A stretch of 64,000 nt of DNA, from NCBI RefSeq assembly GCF_018350175.1, contig NC_058368.1, forward strand, positions 238,206,001 to 238,270,000. Direction: 5' to 3'. Below the pieces are notes generated by a model. That model was not told where the DNA came from. It saw only the letters and a list, made by a program, of their open reading frames with translations, and searched no databases. The translations under genes were made by a program, and so were the position numbers. How positions within the stretch are numbered: position 1 is the stretch's first letter; every line of letters starts with the position of its first letter. Positions 37,625-48,700 of the stretch are shown one piece after another. The stretch comes from Felis catus (Eukaryota).

Positions 37625-40600
37625 GTACTGCACACTGTTTCAGTGCACAGCCTCTCAGGGGACGGAAGGCAGGGTGGCCGCGATGTGGATCCAGGAAAAA
37701 CCTGAAAAAAATCCCTTCAGCATCTAAGAAAACGCAGTTGTTCGACTCTGGATTCCCCCACTTGTGAGCCACAGAAGGAGAGGATGTGAAGAAGGACTCC
37801 CGTCTGCTTCTGTGCCCCCCACAGTGGCCAGGGAAGGAGCCCCGAGATCCGAGCCCTCCCCCAATCTGCCCCTCCGCTGACCACCTGCCTGGCTGAAGTC
37901 GGGGGTTCCTCCCGCAGGGGGCCTTTCCTCACCCCACCCACATCCCGTCACTCGGCATCCTTCCTCTTCCCAGTCCTTCCCCACCCGTGTGTCCCTGAAA
38001 CACCTCCAGTGGCCCCTGCCCCCTCCCCTGGACTCGAGGGCAGCGGCAGCGCCCCAGGAGCGCCCACCTGGCTGAGCACAGGGGAGACGGCCACTCTGAC
38101 CTCAAAGTCAAGCCCAGCCTGGCGCACCTGCTCCCTGGTGCTAGCGCTTACTGTGGGCGGGGTGCTCGGCCTCCACATCCCACCCAGCACGGATCCCCTA
38201 AGGAGGGACAGGGGCAGCAAACCCCAAAGGAGTCGGGGTGCACTGGCCCCCACGGCAGGAGTCGGGGTGCGCCGGCCCCCACGGCAGGTTCCCAGGCGGA
38301 GGCTGGCCGTCCCGCACCGGCCTCCAGCGTGACACGGCCATCTGAGGTCTGCTGGGCGTGCAAAGTCTCCTGGGGCCTCTGTCCCGCGCCCCCGGGCCGC
38401 TGTGAGCAAGACCCACCCCCGTGTGACACTGTCGACCGGCCGGCCTGGAAGGCACCTTCGTTCCCACACAGCGTCCTCCACTGGTCGACAGTAAGCACGG
38501 CCATTTCAGGTGACACGATGTCCATCTCCCACGGCGGCTTCCCCAGCATTCGTCCCCCGTCTGACACCCGCCAGCCGCGGTGTCTGGACCAAAGTGGAAA
38601 GTGATGATGAGCCCTGTCTGGGCCACCCGCTCTGGAGCGACACGGGCTCTCCCCCTCCCTCCCGGTCTGGGGTCATTACGGATTTCTTGGAGAAAACTCA
38701 AATTAGGTGGCCTAGAGGTTCGCTCTGCAAAAAGAACCAGAGGCTAAAGCCGATCCCTGCACGCGGCCAGCTGGGGCTGTGCGTTTCCCCTGGTACTCGG
38801 GGCTGGTCTGCTGGGTCCGGGCAGCCGCAGTCCCGGAACCCAAGGCCACGCACACAGTCACGTCTGACCGCCGCCGCCCCCCCCCCCCCCCCGGCAAAAT
38901 CACGCTCTCCGTTTCTGAACCGTCCCTTTGCTTTTGCAGACACGATTAGAGAGCGGGCACCCGCACTTTGGGCCACCTCTTCCCGTGCAGCTCACCAGGA
39001 CTGCGGCAGAATTCACCATCAGTGGCTCCGGGGCCGGGCTCCCTCCCTGGGGGGACACCGAGGGCACAGGGGTCAGCGGGCGGCCACACTGAAGCGGGCA
39101 GGCGTGGAGGTCTCCAGAGGGCGGCGCAGGTCCTGGTGAACGGAGCCCAGAGCGAGAAGCCGGCACCCAGCCCCTCTCAGGGGAGGGGGTGCCGGTGCCC
39201 GTGAAAGGTGATGCAGGAAAGCGTGGCTGGGCTGGCAGGGAGCCGTGGACGAGCCGGCACGTGCCTCGGCAGCCCCCTTCTGCCTGCATCAGCTCGGCTC
39301 AGGTGGGAGCCCCTGCACGGCCACGGGTGGCTGGGCTCCACGGGACGTGGAAGGAAGCCACCTGCTGCAGCGCGTGACCGTGTGGCCCCCAGCGGCCGCC
39401 TCGCCCCCAACAGCCCGCCTCCCTTCTCCTCGGCCTTCACCCCAGGAAGTGCGCAGGCTCACCGGCCTTGTCCGTTGCTTTATTGGCCGTTAGTGACCGT
39501 GACTGGACACGGAAGGGCACCGATGGCTGGAGGGCCCTCAGCTACAGCCAGCCGGGCCCTCGTGCTCACAGGGCGTGCCTTCCGGGACTGCCGGGTGGGA
39601 ACTCTGCACGAGAAGGCGGAAGGTGGAACCCACGGAGCTCGAGGCCACAGGGATGAGAAGTGCGCCTTCCCAACGTGCACCCCTGGGCCCGACCGTGGGG
39701 GTGCTGGCCCTCCGGCCCGTCCTGGCCCCCAGGCCTTCGCCTCTGAGTGACCCGGCCTGTGCGCTGGCCACCAGTGGGCGACACACTGCCCCGTGGAGGG
39801 CCACAAACACCTGCTGAGAGGAGGCAGGAGGCTGGGAGCAGGGACGGCCGCCGTGCCCAGAGCGGGTGCCACCCCCCGTGAGGGGGGCGCCTCGCGGGAG
39901 GTCCCGTGTGAGCGTCCGGTGTTGGTCTGTGAGCTGGCAGCTGGTACCTCCATCAGGCCGGCGTGGAGAGAAAGCATGCTTGGCCTTCCTCCCTGTGGCC
40001 ACGGCCACTGGGCGCAGGGGCCCCCGGGTGTGGGCACCAGGAGGCCAAGGGCCCAGGCTGGGTGGTATCTACACGGAGGTGCTTCCCGGGGGAGCAGCAC
40101 CGCCCGGGTGCACACGCTGACAAGCAGGCCGGCTCTCGGACCTCCGGGCCAGGCCGTCCACCTTGCCTCCCCCGGCACGGCACCCCGGGCCAGCAGCGCC
40201 AGTCCCGGGTGTGCGTGTCCTTCCCCGCAGGAGATGGCGTGGTCCTCCGCTTCTGGGAGCGTGGGGCCCACGTGCCGTCCCTACTCCTCCCGCTACACGC
40301 CGCACTGGGCGCTGCACCCACAGCAGAGGTCGAGGACTCTGAGAGGGGCGTGGCAGACCGGCTGGGCCACTGGCCCAGGGGACCCGCAGACCAGCTGCCG
40401 AGCTCCCGGGTCTTCCCTTCGCCTCGCGGGCCCCAGGCACGGGCGGAAGGGGCTCTGGAGGCCAAAGCCTGCGGACAAACGCCAAGGCCCGTGCCCTCCA
40501 GCCAGAGAACCAGCCGAGGAGGCGGACGGCGGCACAGCGAAGCGCCACAGTTGTCGCGGGGCCCACCCCGGCGCCACGCAGCGCAGGCCACGGCGGAACC

Positions 40601-40769
40601 AGCCTGCCACCGGCCAGGCATCACCACCAAACCCTGCTGGGGCCGCCGGGGCAGGCGGGGAGGGGAGCCATCGTCAGCCCACACCAGCTCTGGAACTCTA
40701 AACCTGTTCCGGGAACCCACGGGGCCGGGGCGGGGGGCGGGGGGGGGGTCAGGGAAAGGAAACCAGAAA

Positions 40770-41040
40770 TAGCAACGGAACAAAAGCAAACCCAAAAGAG
40801 GCAGACGTGAGCCCTAACTTTCCAATAACTACGTTCCGTGCAAACGGTCTAAATACATCAATTAAGAGACAGGTTGGCAGAGCGGATTCACAAAACCCTG
40901 TGCTGCCCACGAGAACCTCGCTTCAAACAGGAAGCAGGCGGGTTGCAGGAGGAAGGAGGGAGAAGCATCGCCCAAACTTGAATCAAGGAAGACAGGAGCG
41001 GCCACGGGACGCAGACTGTGCAGACATCAGGGCGGAGGAA
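40770..41040 (+). mobile_element. Old LINE-1 fragment covering the start of ORF2 (endonuclease)
   Basis: Translation ITTFRANGLNTSIKRQ resembles the L1 ORF2 N-terminal ITLNVNGLNxPIKR motif. Confidence 0.7.
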
Positions 41041-42639
41041 GGAGCCAGCGTGTCCGGGGGCCCTGCACCACATCTGGTCCCCAGGTGACGTCTCCCGGAC
41101 TGGGGAGGACCTGTCACATGGGCCCTTGGGGCCAGGGAGCTGCCCCAGACCTGGGGCCTGGGGTTGGTTCGTGTTTTTTAGACAAGCAGGAACCTCGGGG
41201 CTGTCTGTCCATCCAGCTCAACCTGAGAAGCACCGGGGTCCTGAGTCACAACCACAGGGAGCTACAGGCCAACACCCCTCACCTGGAACCATGCACGTGG
41301 CCTTTGTCCCCAGTCTCTGCCGTCCCCTGAACACAGGGGCACCGGCTGCAAAGCAGCGTATCCCGGTGGCCATCCTGGCCTGCAAAGGACAGCTGTCTCT
41401 GAGAAGTAGGGACCCCTCACAGCCCACAGAGAGCACGCCCCCTGGGAACAGTCCCGGGAGCCCCCAGCACAGCTCTGAACGGCCAGGCTCCCTCCTCAGT
41501 GCTCTGCTGGGCCGGTCCAGAAGCCTTGCCTCCTCTCCTGCAGACCAGCGTCCACCCTGCTGGCTGCGTGGCCCAGCCCCTGCCTTGGCCTGAATCCGCT
41601 CCAGGGAGAAACCTTCCACTCCACACCGCACGTGCTCCCGCTACCACTGGCCATGCGAGCCGGGTCTGCTTTTCTACAGGGAGGGGTGTCTAAGGTACCC
41701 CCCAGATCGGCGTACTTCCGTCCCAGGCGGTGCGGGGAACTGTGCTCAGGCAGGACGCGACAGGGGCGGTGGGGCAGGCGTGTTTACAGAAGGGGTCTCA
41801 CACCTACACCTGCATCGCCTCGTGAGGGCCGTGCGCCCCACCAGTAATGCCACCCGCCCCCGACCGCAGGCAGGCAGGCTTTGCGGGGTGACCACGCCAT
41901 CAGACACGGCCCGTAAACAGTTTATGCGCTTGCCTGCAGACAACCGGTCATTTCGATATGTTTCCCCCTTCATCAAAGCCCAGTACTCGTCAGGTTTACT
42001 TCTCCTCTCGGGTCCCAAAGAGGAAAGTTAGCGTAGGTGGCCGAGTCAGGGGGCGCAGGGCTGGGCTGGGCACGGACCCCCCCCCTCCCCGAGGGCGTGG
42101 GCGGTCAGGAGAGGCCTCCCTCAGCTTCCCACCTGCACTACAGGGAGCAGCCTGGCCCCAGAGGCCCGCTGGGGGCAGGGGCGGCCCCACGAGGCACACA
42201 CACCAACACTGTCACCGGACTCACTCACAGCACGGATCAGGAAGTGGCTCTCAGAGCTGGGAGGAGGGGGCTGCCCTCAGGCTGGGGCCTCCACTGCTCC
42301 TCGGTGCCTCTGGTCCCTCTCGAGAAACATGCATGTGGCTGTTCCCACTTTAGTAGGCTTTTGTTTCCTTCCTCTGGCTCCAGAAATACGTATTTCCATT
42401 TTTATGTCTCAAGGTTAACTGGGAGACATAATGTTGTGTTTTCACCTTATGCAAACTTGTCAAACGTGTGTGTTTATGCAGAAAACGTTCTCATAAAGGC
42501 GAACCCCCTCTTCTCCCGTGGCTCCTTGCCAGGACACGCCGTCCCTCTGGGCACACGCCTAGACTCTCGGGGTGCGGTCTGCCCTGACGCCAGGTGGGAG
42601 GAGCATGTACCCCGCTCCCACGTTCCCTGGGGGGGACGT

Positions 42640-42950
42640 GCCCCCCAAACCCTCAACCACTGAGTGGAAGAACAGGCCTTATTTAGAAACCCGGTCTTCG
42701 CAAGGATCACTGGTGAAGACGAGGTCATAGTGGAGCAGGGCCCCTGCCGATGACCGTGCTCAGACAGGACACTCAGGGGCAGGACGGAGGGAAGAGGGGC
42801 GAGGCAGAGAGGGGCGATGGCCTGCGAGCCCAGAGGAGGCTTGCCTGTGCCTTCGGAGGGAGGGCGCGGGGGCCCTGGGGCCACCCCATTCCAGACTTCT
42901 GGCCGCGGTCCTGGGTTTCGAGCCCCCGGTTTGCAGTAGCCTTTCCTCCC
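42640..42950 (+). mobile_element. MaLR (MLT1-type) LTR
   Basis: CCTTATTTAGAAACCCGGTCTTCGCAAG...GAAGACGAGGTCATAGTGGAGCAGGG...CCTTCGGAGGGAG...CAGACTTCTGGCC. Confidence 0.7.
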
Positions 42951-44663
42951 TGGACGCCCTGGTGTCTGTGGCGCCCACCTACTCGTCCTCGGGAGATCAC
43001 CAACCCCACGGTGGGAGGAGGTCCCCAGCACATCCCGCCAGAGAGCCAGGCGACTGCCACACACAGACACACTGGGTCACCAGCCCCTTCCCGGCATGCT
43101 CGGCCCAGGAGGACCCCTACCTGGCCAGGCAGGGGACAGGGGACAGGGGCTCAGGGCTGACATCATCCAGAAACCCCCCACCTGCCCCAGATACTCCCGT
43201 GGATGACATCACTGGGGCCCCCCAGGCCCCCCTGCTCCGCCTGATGACATCACCCAGGCCACGCGTCCCGTGCTCTGTGTGAGGCTGTCACCCGACTCCA
43301 CACCCGTGCTTCACACGATGACGCCACTTGAGCACACCCGGTTCTGCGTGAGGTCACAAGACCCCGCACCCCTGGCCTTCACGTGGATGACAATCTCACC
43401 CAGGTCCCAGAACCTTTGCATGGTGATGCCACCTGCCCCCCACCACTGCTCTGCACGATGACATCATCGGCCCCCCCCACCCCCGTGCTCCATGTTCAGA
43501 CACCCTCCGACCCCCACCCGTGCCCCACCCCACGCAGCCAGCCAGCTGTAGTCGGACAGTCCCTGAGGTTACTAGACCAGGCAGCGTGGTTTCCCTCACA
43601 TGTGCATCCTCCCACTCCCCTTCCCCTGCCCCAGGGCCTCAGGGTCCCTTGGCCCCTTACCCCCACCCCGCCCCTCCTCCGACACTTGCTCAGAGGCCCA
43701 CCCTCTTGTGTGGCTCCAGCCAAGGAGCTTCATGAGGACCCACTGTGCGCTCCCAGGTGGCGCCTCCCTTTGCCGGAGATGGGGTCCAGGAGGGCCTCTG
43801 CGAGTTCTCCACATGCCGTGGGGGACCTCGTGCACAGGACTCCTGACTGCTCTAGGCCAGTGACACTACTCCCGTGTCCAGCTTCCAGGACTGAAAACCG
43901 AGGCGCCCTGCGCGAACCTCTGCACTGGGTGATCTATTCCTTCTTCCTGACGCCCTAACAGTTTCCTTTCCTCTGGCCCCTAAAGGCTCGGGCTTCAGTG
44001 TTTTGTGATCAGAACACGCCCCGCTGTCCTTTCTCACGGGTCCCCCTGGGATGCGGGGGCCCCGTGGTCTGTGGGTTTCCTTCCTTCCTTCCTGGTTTAG
44101 TCAGGGCCTCACCTTCCATCTGCGTCAGGAGCCTCCTCCGGGACCCCACGGGCCACAGGTCAGAGCCCACGGGGGCTGCACCCAGCCTCCTTCCCCTCCC
44201 CTCTAAAGTCCTGTTACTTCTGTGTCACCTCACACCCATTCCTCTTTTCATTACACGGATTGCCTTGAATTTGGCCCGTAGGTGACCGTACCTTCCGAAG
44301 ATGCTTAGTTTCCAGGCTTTAAGAGTCTATATTTCACCCTAAAGACGAGGACACAATGAGGCGCAGGCGCAGGGGAGTGGCAGGGAGAGCACACGCTTCC
44401 AGTCAGAGGGTGGAGGCCTGAACCCAGCACCGGCCCCTGTGGGAGCTCTTAAGCCTGACGAACCTCCAATTCGTCTGCAAAATCGGAGAAGCCCTTCTCC
44501 CTCCCGCCCCTCGGCCACGCGGTGCAGTCACCCGGATCGCAGCAGGTGCCGCGAGGCCCCCCGCGCGCCCAGAGGAGGACCCTGCCCTTCCAGGTGGGTG
44601 CTCGTTCCCAAGTCCTCTCTGAAAGCAGCACGCGTGCGGCTCGCGTCCTGGGTCACAACGCCC

Positions 44664-44669
44664 TTTATT
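44664..44669 (-). terminator. NDUFS6: NDUFS6 polyadenylation signal AATAAA
   Basis: TTTATT on the plus strand, about 87 nt past the stop codon. Confidence 0.8.
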
Positions 44670-44755
44670 CAGCCGGCGGCGCCCCGTGACAGCACCGGGC
44701 TCTTGGCTGCTGCGTGTTAAGGCGGAGACGCCCGCGCGTGCACAGCTTGGCCACG

Positions 44756-44992
<237 letters not shown>

Positions 44993-45669
44993 CTACACCC
45001 TGACTCGCAGCCGCCGGGGCAGCGGACTGAACCCCAGCTCAGCACCTACGCCAGAACCTGTGGTCCTCTCGAAGGAGCACCGCAGGGAGCGGGGATGGGC
45101 ACAGCGGCCGCCTGGGGCCTTAGCTCGATGCCCATCTGCCCTCCCGGCCCGGGACGGCCGAGCTCTGGCCCTGAGCACAGAACTCAAAGGACGGGAGTGC
45201 GTGGGGTGCCGAGCAGAGGCCCACCCGCGCACCCCCGGACCGGGGTCCGGTCCGGGCGCACGCCGGCCCCCAGTGGACGGGACAGCGGGGCACTGCTGAC
45301 CCCCTTCCCCTCCATGACGCCACAGCAGCTGAGCCCCAGCCCCTGGTCGCCTTCTCCGCTCTAACGGCCCTGCGTCTCATCTTCCCTAAGGCTCTGCGCA
45401 CCCATCCACGTGCACAGGGGCCGAAACGACGGTCCCAGGAAGACAGAGCAGGCGCGTGGAAGGAGAGTGGACAGTCGGCGCTGGCCACACGAAGTACTTC
45501 ACACAGCACCTCACGGCGCGTCCCAGGGGACAGGTGCCCTTCACGGGGTCCCTGCGGCAGGGTCCACGGGCAGATCGAGCGGGAAGGTGGGCGGTCGAGG
45601 TCGGCACCGCGGCGGCCGCTCTCAACAGGGCACTTCAGACTAGGACAGCAAGGACAGGGGACACGGTAC

Positions 45670-45792
45670 CAGGTTTATGTACACTTTCGGGTGGCCAAGA
45701 GCCCCCCCGCCGCCGTCACACGCGACCACCCGACTGTCAGCTCCACTCACGGGCTGCTCAGCTATCAAATCGATGGCAAAGTTTTCATTCAC
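45670..45792 (-). CDS. NDUFS6: NDUFS6 coding exon 3
   Basis: Acceptor TTCCAG|, then 123 nt encoding [41 protein letters not shown] (zf-CHCC Cys and His), then donor CTG|GTACCG. Confidence 0.98.
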
Positions 45793-48700
45793 CTGGAACA
45801 AGAGGAAAAGAAAAATTCGTAGAGCCAAAAGCAACAGCTTCATAATTTCATGCAATCCAAGTTTATGTGGACAGTGCCCCCAGGCCCCCAGGCCCCCAGG
45901 TCCAGCCGGCACGGACACAGTCGCACACAGGTGTCTGGGTGCAGACACACACACGCTTCTGGCGCTTCCTGTGGATGCAATTTCAAACGTACAGAAACAG
46001 TGCAAGAATTTGAATACAAACCCCTCTCACTTCTCTCCCTTGCCAGAACCTGGATTCCAGGTTAACAGTTAACAACTGCCCGGTGGGCTTTGTCCCAGGC
46101 TCCCCTCCCCGCACCAGCCACCCACTGGGACAGGTCAGGAAGAGCCATGGGAGGGACTGTCCCCAGCAGCACCCCGCTGTCACAGAGGAGAGGAATACAG
46201 TCCCCAGAGGGCAGCCGACCTGGGGAAACACCCAACTGGGGAGGGCCGGGCAGGGGAGGGAATCCAAGGGACAATGGCACTCACGGTAAGTGCAGGCACC
46301 AAAACACGCTAGGCTCAAGTCTGTGACTTTACAGACTTTAAAAATTCAGTAAGCGCCTTACTAGAGATAAAAACCCATAAACAAAAGCAGAGAACCGATT
46401 TCTTCCACCTTCCTCAGGCCGCCCAAAGTTTCTTTTCACGCAGGTCCTCGGGCTACCAGGACGCAAGAGAACGTGACCCTCGGCCCGCCCCCCACCCCCA
46501 CCCCCACCCCCACCCCAGAGAAACTGCATCTCAAGGCTGGAAGCGCCCCACGCAGGAACCTCGCCATGAAGAGACCAGGAGTCGGACCTGACCCCGCCCC
46601 CGTTAGACACTCAGAACAGAGGCACAAACACCTCTAAGGACCACAGTCAGGAAGACCCAGCTGGGGTGACCCCACAGGAGAAAACGACCCGGGTCTTTTG
46701 ACAAGTGAGCTCCAAGGACACAAATGGACAGATAGGAGGGGGCGCGGGGTCGGGGGGGGGGGGGGGGGGGCAACACATAAAGTTAAAAGAAACTGAGACA
46801 CGTCAGCAGTGCACGGAGCTTAGGCTCCAAGATACAAACGTAAAATGAAATTTTTAGTAACGGACACTCCGAGCGCACTTGCCACCCCCTGGACGCTTCA
46901 AGGACTCCCGGGAACCTCACTCACGGGAAGTGGTGCTGCAGTCACGTCGGCATCTCCGGGACACACGTGCGCCCCGGTGAACCCGACGTCACGGAGCGAC
47001 GCGACGTCACGACCCGCTCGGCCGGCCGGCGCTGGCGGCCGCAGGGCGCTGCCGGACAGAGCGGAAGCCGGCGTGGCCGCTGGAAGCTGCTGAATCGGAG
47101 CGGCTGGGCTCACAGGACCAGGGGCCGGGATACGTTCCCTCCGCGTCGCAACGGCCCCTCGAGCGTCCCGGTTCGGCACCTCACGGCTCTGACGACGAGC
47201 CACCGCGGCAAACTTGGGACGCGGGCCAGGGGGCCCGCCTGGCTCGTACGTGATTCGCAGCGAGCCCGCCACTCGGGGCCGCCTGGTGGGCGCCACGCAG
47301 ACGAAGCCTGGAGGGCCGGGGAGGCCGTACACGCGGAGCGTCAGCGTCGGTGTCCAGGGAAAGGGCCGAAGCCGAGACCACACGGTCCCTGGCGAGCCCA
47401 CGGCCCGGTGTGGGAGCCGACTCCGGTGTCCCGCCGCGGCGGGCCGGCCGTGCCAGGGGCCGCAGCCTCCTCTCCCGGAGGGCCTCCCTCGGGAGGTCCC
47501 CGCCCCGGCTCGCCCTCCTCTCTGACGCCGTCGTCCGCAGCCATCGGGACCCCGCTCTCACCGTCGGCGGCAGGTGTGGACCCCGCTCAGGCCGACAAGG
47601 AGCAGCTCGCTCGACGGCACCTCCAGATCTAGCATCATCCACCCACCCAGGCAGGGAAACAGCGGCGTGGCCACGCGTGGAAGGTCACCCGCGCCCGGAG
47701 GCTGAGGGTCACGTGACCGAGGCGCACGGTAGCCGAACGCCGTCAGCCGTCAGCAGCAGAACATCGCGCGTCCCCAACAGATGCCCCAGGAGACAAGACA
47801 GGAAGTGCAAGGCCGCACAAGGCCGCACAGAGCACACACCGCCCGGCGACTTCGCGACCCGCTCGCTGAACGTCCGCCTCAGTTCTGACGTGTCACTACG
47901 GGCGAGAAGTGAGCGCTGGGTCAGTCCCGGTGACCAGGCCGTGCGGGTCCCCACCCCGTGTGCCCAGAGCCCCGCCTACCGCCTCAGTGAAGATAAGGAA
48001 ACAAAGGTCAGGCACCATCTTTACCAATAGGGGGGTGGGGCCTCTGAATCTGGGTGATAAACCCAGGAGTAGGTCAGAAAGGCACAACTGACCTCAGATT
48101 CTCCGGAGCCAGCTGACTCCGTCCAGAGGACGCGGGACCCAGAGCGGCCCGGCCCCTCGCTCTCCCAGGCACCTCACCAGACCTGACGCCCCAAATCCAC
48201 GGGATGGGGACATTTTGGAAAAGTTTAGTTATTTCTTAAAAAGCTTTACGGTTACAGACCCTGACTTCGTAAGACCTTTCCTCCAACTTCTATTTCCAGA
48301 AACACAGTAGGAAGTTACTGGGAAGTACGGCTACGTTGGAGCCAACACACCAGGTGCGTGGGGAGGCCAGGCAGCGTGGACGCGGGATACGGACGCGCTG
48401 GGTGTGGACGCGCTGTCCTACCAGCGCTCTGAGCTCGGCGCCCTGTGGACGGCCCCGCCGCTCCCGATGCCGGCACCTTACGGCGGGCTGCGGAGGGAGG
48501 GATGTGGTGCTCACTCGCCTCTGCTGCAGACAGAGCCACACGCCCCACAAATAAAGCCTCGTGCTGTAAAACAGTATGGTGTCTACCTAAGTGACAAACG
48601 TGTCACAAAGGGCACACTAACAAACCCCCAGGTCCCATCACGGCAGTCAGACAGACCACCATCTCCCGCGGGAAGGGCAGCTGACACCGGAGACTGACAC

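Noticed and set aside
39480..40795. Cluster of 260-300 aa ORFs on both strands
   Set aside because: Same GC artefact; no homology that I can recognise.
1..44000. IRX4 exons or a lncRNA in the left part of the window
   Set aside because: No homeodomain or IRO-box coding sequence was found, and a lncRNA cannot be supported from sequence alone.
45640..46005. 121-aa ORF containing NDUFS6 exon 3
   Set aside because: The flanking residues are intronic (polypyrimidine tract translated as LFLLFQ). Splice sites delimit 45670-45792.
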